Source of the DNA: an uncultured delta proteobacterium
GTDB taxonomy: Bacteria; Bdellovibrionota; FAC87; UBA2466
DNA length: 64,000 nucleotides
Reading direction: 5' to 3'
NCBI GenBank assembly: GCA_963778115.1
Contig: CAVZSV010000005.1
Location: forward strand, 192,001-256,000
Shown one piece after another: positions 59,084 to 64,000 of the stretch. Position 1 is the stretch's first letter, and every line of letters starts with the position of its first letter. The translations under genes and the position numbers were made by a program. The notes under the pieces are model-generated. The model was not told the origin of the DNA and made no database searches. It saw only the letters and a program-made list of their open reading frames with translations.

Positions 59084-60229
59084 GTGGTGTTGTTTCCGTT
59101 CCTGCTCTTAGTGCTGGTAGCAATCGCGGTCTGGGATACCTCCAAAGGTTTTGATAGCCTCCGCGGTATTGCTCAATTTCCCCCGACCTCATCGAACCCG
59201 ACCGAGGTGCCCCCCATGATTTCGGTCGTGGTGGCCGCTCGAAACGAAGAATTGCATATCGGAGGTGCTGTACGTTCTTTACTGGAACAGGATTATCCCT
59301 CTTATGAAGTCATTGTCGTTAATGACCGCTCCAATGACGATACGGGAGAAATCCTAAAGTCCTTGCAGGCGGAATTTCCTGAACTCAATGTAGTCGACAT
59401 CGATTCTCTTCCCGATGGCTGGATCGGAAAGAATTATGCTTTATGGCGCGGTGCTGAGCAGGCCAAAGGCGAGTGGATCTTATTCGCCGACGCGGATATC
59501 CATATGGACCCAGAGGTCTTTGGCCGCGCGATGTCGGTGGCCAAGGATTTCGATCATGTGACTATTCTTCCTGACTTTTATTCCGTAGATAGATGGGTGG
59601 GAGCTTTCGCTTTGGTTTTTACGGTGTTTTTTCTGGTTTCGGTTCAGCCATGGCGGTTAAAAAATCCCAGTGCGCGGTATGCAGTGGGAATTGGGGCTTT
59701 CAATCTTATCCGCCGAAAGGTCTATAAGGAAATTGGTACCCACCAAGCGATTGCACTTAGGCCTGATGATGATGTGAAGCTGGGAAAACTGGTGAAGCTG
59801 TTTGGTTTTCGCCAAGAGCTTTTGATCGGGCGTCCCTTGGTGAAGTTTGAATTTTATCCCTCTCTGCTGGCGACGATCCGGGGGTTTGAGAAAAACTTCT
59901 TCGCGGGTCTCGATTATAGCGTTTTCAAAGTGTTCGTGTCCACGCTAGCTCTGTTAGTCATCTATGCGTTCCCCTGGATGGGAGTGGTAGTGGGACCCGG
60001 CTGGCTTAGAGTTGCTTATGCTCTGGTCGTGGGGCTTGAATATTTCCTAATGTTTCGTGTCGCGCGAAAGCTGGGCCACCCTCGTTGGCGTGCTGCTGTT
60101 TTCCCCTTCGGAGTGGCGCTATTTATAGTGATCTTATGGGAGTCGACGTTTGCGACTTTGTTAAGGAGTGGGGTGCTGTGGCGGGAGACGTTTTATCCGT
60201 TGGAGGAGTTGCGCAGGAATACGATTTAG
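59084..60229 (+). CDS. Membrane glycosyltransferase family 2 (HpnB/CrtQ-like)
   Basis: VAARNEE; NDRSND; LPDGWIGKNYAL; FADAD; DDVKLG; C-terminal TMs. Confidence 0.88.
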   Translation: MVLFPFLLLVLVAIAVWDTSKGFDSLRGIAQFPPTSSNPTEVPPMISVVVAARNEELHIGGAVRSLLEQDYPSYEVIVVNDRSNDDTGEILKSLQAEFPELNVVDIDSLPDGWIGKNYALWRGAEQAKGEWILFADADIHMDPEVFGRAMSVAKDFDHVTILPDFYSVDRWVGAFALVFTVFFLVSVQPWRLKNPSARYAVGIGAFNLIRRKVYKEIGTHQAIALRPDDDVKLGKLVKLFGFRQELLIGRPLVKFEFYPSLLATIRGFEKNFFAGLDYSVFKVFVSTLALLVIYAFPWMGVVVGPGWLRVAYALVVGLEYFLMFRVARKLGHPRWRAAVFPFGVALFIVILWESTFATLLRSGVLWRETFYPLEELRRNTI

Positions 60230-60367
60230 GGGGAATGGCTAGATAGCACTTCCCCGCTGCCTTTAACCGTGGCACCGCTCAATAGAGACATTTTTTCGGA
60301 CTTCTTTTCTCTAAATTCAAATATTTTATAGCGTGACAGATCTTCTCGAAACTCCTCGTACCTATGT

Positions 60368-62716
60368 CTACTTCCTTGCCCTTCTCGGATGCGCTTTTCG
60401 CACCTTCGAGGGGTTTAGTCCTTTGGTGAGGAGATCCACCCATCCGCCGTCATTTTGGCCCAAGGGTTTTCCTTCGTACCAGCTCCAGTTAAAGAACACG
60501 ACCGAGCCCTGGCCGTACGGAATCTCTCCCACGGCGGCTTCGCTTCCTGCGGCATAGTACACCTTCGTATTCGCCGGAAGCTGGGGCGTTTGAAAAGAAT
60601 AATTGCTTCCGTTATTGGGTAGACTTTCCGCCGCACCCGCAAACACACTGCCCGCTGCGACCATGTCCGCTTTGGTATAAGTGTTTTGTTGGGAAGCCTG
60701 TCCCGCGGTGAGGCCGAAACTAAAAACCGAATTTACCCAATCCGTAACGTAGTTATAGGGATAGAAGAACCAAACATTCCCCCCGCTATTGACGAAATTT
60801 TGGACTACTTGAATGGCATCAGGAGCCAGCGTCCAAGGGGCTGAGATATAGGGAAGGACCAGCACCTGTTTCCCATCAAGCGCTGCTTGCAGATCGGAAG
60901 CCGCGAAGTTTTGGAAATAGTTTACGGTCGTTGCGGCCTCCAACGCTTTTCCTAGGGCATAGCCGGTATTATCCATATCCATTCCGGCCTGCGTATAGCT
61001 GGGGTTTAGAAAGAAAGCGACGCCACTTCTTAGCATTTGGACCATGCCCAAAGCAATACCGTCATCAGCGGAGAAGGGCAGGACGGTCTTGCCATCGAAA
61101 ACCGCATTGTCGAAAAACGTCCCTTTCGTTTCCGCTCCGGTCATGGTGGCGCCGCGCAGACTGACATTAGACATGTCTGATAGCTCGAGGTTGCTCTGCT
61201 CCAAGCGGGCCCCTGAAAAATCAGCGCCGGGAAAATTGGCCCGCGAAAGATCGGCAGATCTAAGAATGGTATCGACAAATTTGGTTTGGCTTGCGGAAAC
61301 CCCTTCCATGACGGCTGAAGCTAAGTCTGCATTGGAAAAATCGGCTTGGTCCACCACGGCATCATTAAACTGGACCTGCTCCATGACGGCCCCGCGGAAA
61401 TTGGCTCCGGTGGCTTTTACATTTAAGAGCTTGGCGCTTGTGAAATTAGCCATGGAAAAATTGCCTTGAGCCAAAGTGGCTCCCGTAAAATCCGCGTAAG
61501 TAGCAACCAGCGAATCGGCGGTGACCGCAGTCAAGTCCGCGCCGTTGAAGTCCGCACTGTCAGCGGCGGCTTTGGTTAAGATGGCTTTTCCAAAATGAGC
61601 ATTATTAAACAAAGCGGCAGAGAGGCTGGCTCCGATGAGGCTCGCTCCATCAAGGGCGGCTGAGGTGAAATTGGTCTTTTTCGCGGAAACCCCATCCATG
61701 ATTGCCGTCTTTAAATCTGCACCGGTGAAATCGGCACCGTCGGTCTTAGCCGATTTAAAGACAGCTCCCTCAAGGATCGTGCTATCGAATTGCGCCCCCA
61801 AAAGCGAAGAGTTGGTGAAATCCGCTTTAGAGAAATCGGAGTTCTTAAAATTCATTTGGTCGAGAACGATATTGCTTAGGTTAGTCCCCACGGCTTTGAT
61901 TCCCGAAAGGTTAATTCCCTTTAGTGTCAGCCCCGAGAGGTTGGCGTTACTGATTTGAGCACCGGTAAGATTAACGCCGGTAATGGTAGCCCCACTTAAA
62001 ACCGCGTTCTGTAAATCGGCATTGGTGAAATCAGCATTGGTAAGATCGGCATTTCCGAAATTGGCGCCTTTGAGATCTAGCCCTTTAAAGGAAGCTCCTT
62101 GGAGTTTAGCTTCTCGAAAGGTCGCATTTTCTATAATGGCTTGAGTAAAATCGCAGGAATCAAATTCAGCCTCTCCGTAACGCCCTTGAGAAAGAGTGGC
62201 TCCGGTAAAGAGCGACTGTTGAAAAATGGCGGAGGCCGCAAAGACCAACGTGAGATTAGCCCCTTTGAAATCGGCCTTTACGTAAGTATTTCCTCCGAGT
62301 TTCGCTTGAGTAAGGTTTGTCCCCTCAAAGATCGGAGCGTTATAAGTGTTAAAGCCTCTTAAGTCGCTATTGGTGAGATCGGCTTGATTAAAGATAGCGC
62401 CATCTATTTTGGCGTCATTTAGGGTAGCTCCTTTGAGAACAGCTCCGGTCAAGTTGGCGTTGGTCAAAGTGGCTTTTTGAAGATTGCTACCAGTAAAGTT
62501 AGATCCTTTAAGGTCCTTCCCTGTGAAATCCTGACCTTGAAGCGTTTGATTAGACTGGTCTCCACATTCACCCACATAAGCCGGGTTGTAACCGGCCTTC
62601 CCGGTGGAATCGACGCATTGGCCATTCGTCCACCGAAATCCACCGTCTGTGGCCAATAACCAGGGGGAGGTGACCATCAAACAGAGTAGGACGATTCGTT
62701 TCAAAGTAGCCATCAT
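60368..62716 (-). CDS. Large secreted pentapeptide-repeat protein with a C-terminal alpha/beta (GATase/ThuA-like) domain
   Basis: Signal peptide; ~480 aa of A(D/N)(L/F)xx repeats; C-terminal QVLVLP...VQNFVNSGG...YGQGSVVFF. Confidence 0.85.
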   Translation of the reverse strand: MMATLKRIVLLCLMVTSPWLLATDGGFRWTNGQCVDSTGKAGYNPAYVGECGDQSNQTLQGQDFTGKDLKGSNFTGSNLQKATLTNANLTGAVLKGATLNDAKIDGAIFNQADLTNSDLRGFNTYNAPIFEGTNLTQAKLGGNTYVKADFKGANLTLVFAASAIFQQSLFTGATLSQGRYGEAEFDSCDFTQAIIENATFREAKLQGASFKGLDLKGANFGNADLTNADFTNADLQNAVLSGATITGVNLTGAQISNANLSGLTLKGINLSGIKAVGTNLSNIVLDQMNFKNSDFSKADFTNSSLLGAQFDSTILEGAVFKSAKTDGADFTGADLKTAIMDGVSAKKTNFTSAALDGASLIGASLSAALFNNAHFGKAILTKAAADSADFNGADLTAVTADSLVATYADFTGATLAQGNFSMANFTSAKLLNVKATGANFRGAVMEQVQFNDAVVDQADFSNADLASAVMEGVSASQTKFVDTILRSADLSRANFPGADFSGARLEQSNLELSDMSNVSLRGATMTGAETKGTFFDNAVFDGKTVLPFSADDGIALGMVQMLRSGVAFFLNPSYTQAGMDMDNTGYALGKALEAATTVNYFQNFAASDLQAALDGKQVLVLPYISAPWTLAPDAIQVVQNFVNSGGNVWFFYPYNYVTDWVNSVFSFGLTAGQASQQNTYTKADMVAAGSVFAGAAESLPNNGSNYSFQTPQLPANTKVYYAAGSEAAVGEIPYGQGSVVFFNWSWYEGKPLGQNDGGWVDLLTKGLNPSKVRKAHPRRARK

Positions 62717-62893
62717 GAGGTTTCCTTGGGTGATATTAGAAAAATTAGAATGACGTATTGTTTCTAGGAGTTCGCAAGGAAGTCACGACTCTGCGTGCAA
62801 AACCCCATCAAAAAATAAACGAAACGCAGCGCCCCTTGCTATAGTTTTCGCAAACTTTGAGAATGTGGACTCAAAGGCCAGAGGATCGCAACT

Positions 62894-64000
62894 GTGAAAC
62901 CTACGTCGTGGATTTTGGTGTGCTTCCTTGTCGTTCTCTTTTCAATCTTGGGAATTAAAATAGATGGCGCTTCAGCCCGGGTGAAACCTAAAGCCCAGAC
63001 TGTGGCTTATGCCGAACTTCTCTATCAAAGAATCGTCGGAGTTCCCGTTTCGGTAAACAATCCTGTCTATGAAAAGATGGGAGATCTTATCGCCAACAAT
63101 GATTATCTAGAAGCTGCGACCCTAGCCCAAGAGGATCACCACTTCTATTCGGTGCGGGTGAGAAATTTTGCCGCTCCGATGACTAATAAGGCCGAAGACC
63201 CGTCGGAACCCTTTAATGACATGCAGGCTATGATCATTGGAGTGACTCGCGATGAACTGGATGCGAGACTTCTTTTAACCGGAAATTTCCGTTATCAAGG
63301 CTATTCCAACCTGGGATTACCCGCGGTCTCCAGGGCTAACAACGACCACTACCAAGCGTTTGATGATCAAGGTTATGATTACTGGGCCAATTTGACTCAA
63401 GTCTCTCCTCAATGGAGTGACGTTGCTGAAAGCGCTGGAGTTTTAACTTCCAGAGCGTGGGCGAAAGCGCATTACATCGCAGGCACCAATCGTCGTGGGG
63501 TTCAATTTACGTTTCAAGAATTTTTGTGCACTCCCATCGATCAATGGAAAGATCCAGGGCTACCTGATCATTTCGTGCGGCGGGATGTGGATCGAAGCCC
63601 CGATGGAAATCCCAATACCTACGAAACGTTTTGCCGCAATTGCCATGCTCCCATGGATGCTTTGGGAGGCGCTCTGGCAAGATTTGATTTTCAAAATGAT
63701 ACTCTCCTTTATTACCCGACTTCGATTGCTCCCAAATATAATCAAAATATCACCGTCTATCCTGATGGCTATGTAACGGTGAATGACAACTGGATAAACT
63801 ACGTTACGGCAAATCAGAACCAAGCCTTCGGCTGGCGCGGAGCGCTTCAAGGAGTGGGTATTCACGATTTTGCGGCGATGATGGCGAACTCGCGTGGGTT
63901 TTCGGCCTGCATGGTGAAACGTGTGTTTCAAGAGGTGTGTAACCGAACGCCAGTAGCCAGTGACGCTACGGTCATCAGTTCGTTGACCGACGGATTCGAA
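62894..64000 (+). CDS. Exported protein with a CxxCH heme-binding motif (3' truncated; absent from the ORF track)
   Basis: Open frame from GTG 62894 to the window end: MKPTSWILVCF...LYQRIVGVP...FYSVRVRNFAAPMTN...AGVLTSRAW...GTNRR...CRNCHAPMD. Confidence 0.75.
   Translation, partial: MKPTSWILVCFLVVLFSILGIKIDGASARVKPKAQTVAYAELLYQRIVGVPVSVNNPVYEKMGDLIANNDYLEAATLAQEDHHFYSVRVRNFAAPMTNKAEDPSEPFNDMQAMIIGVTRDELDARLLLTGNFRYQGYSNLGLPAVSRANNDHYQAFDDQGYDYWANLTQVSPQWSDVAESAGVLTSRAWAKAHYIAGTNRRGVQFTFQEFLCTPIDQWKDPGLPDHFVRRDVDRSPDGNPNTYETFCRNCHAPMDALGGALARFDFQNDTLLYYPTSIAPKYNQNITVYPDGYVTVNDNWINYVTANQNQAFGWRGALQGVGIHDFAAMMANSRGFSACMVKRVFQEVCNRTPVASDATVISSLTDGFE

Noticed and set aside
61000..62560. DNA tandem repeat / array
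   Set aside because: The 15-bp periodicity is explained by pentapeptide coding; the units are not identical at the DNA level
1..64000. tRNA/rRNA genes
   Set aside because: No cloverleaf or rRNA-like segment noticed in the short intergenic regions; a tRNAscan/Infernal run would be needed to exclude them formally

Overview
A 64 kb bacterial chromosomal window of roughly balanced GC content. The gene repertoire suggests a Bdellovibrionota/deltaproteobacterial-type host (inference). From left to right it holds: (1) the end of a flagellar operon (flhA-flhF-flhG-fliA) coupled to xerD; (2) a complete IS4-family (IS50-like) element with 19-bp ends and a 9-bp target duplication, inserted into one of two copies of an 84-bp palindromic repeat that bracket an orphan gene; (3) ppiD, mreC-mreD-mrdA-rodA, icmF, rnd, an RlmI-like methylase and moeZ. 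The centre (~21.7-40.1 kb) is the highlight: an atypical contractile injection system (CIS/eCIS-like) locus. It has two sheath genes, two gp19 tube genes, an Afp7-like initiator, gp25, baseplate J/I-like wedges and a gp27-like hub. It has no recognisable gp5 spike, PAAR, tape measure, capsid or T6SS membrane complex. Instead it carries a Ycf46-like AAA+/DUF1257/DUF2997 trio, a PflX-like radical SAM enzyme, a 48-aa unannotated protein, a pentapeptide-repeat protein coupled to the hub, FHA-like proteins, a membrane-spanning VWA-like/Zn-ribbon/FHA protein and a lipoprotein. The locus has its own sensor-less sigma-54 activator, three -24/-12 promoters and helically phased TCA-N4-TGA palindromes. 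The right part holds housekeeping, stress and signalling genes: M32 peptidase, a PAS kinase, cutA, sua5, rpsU, a YegD-like Hsp70, Slt, a two-component pair, SOD, PDO-SQR, a GT2, a large secreted pentapeptide protein and a partial CxxCH protein. Three single-base frameshifts suggest residual assembly indels. All family calls come from motif recognition by eye; no database search was run.
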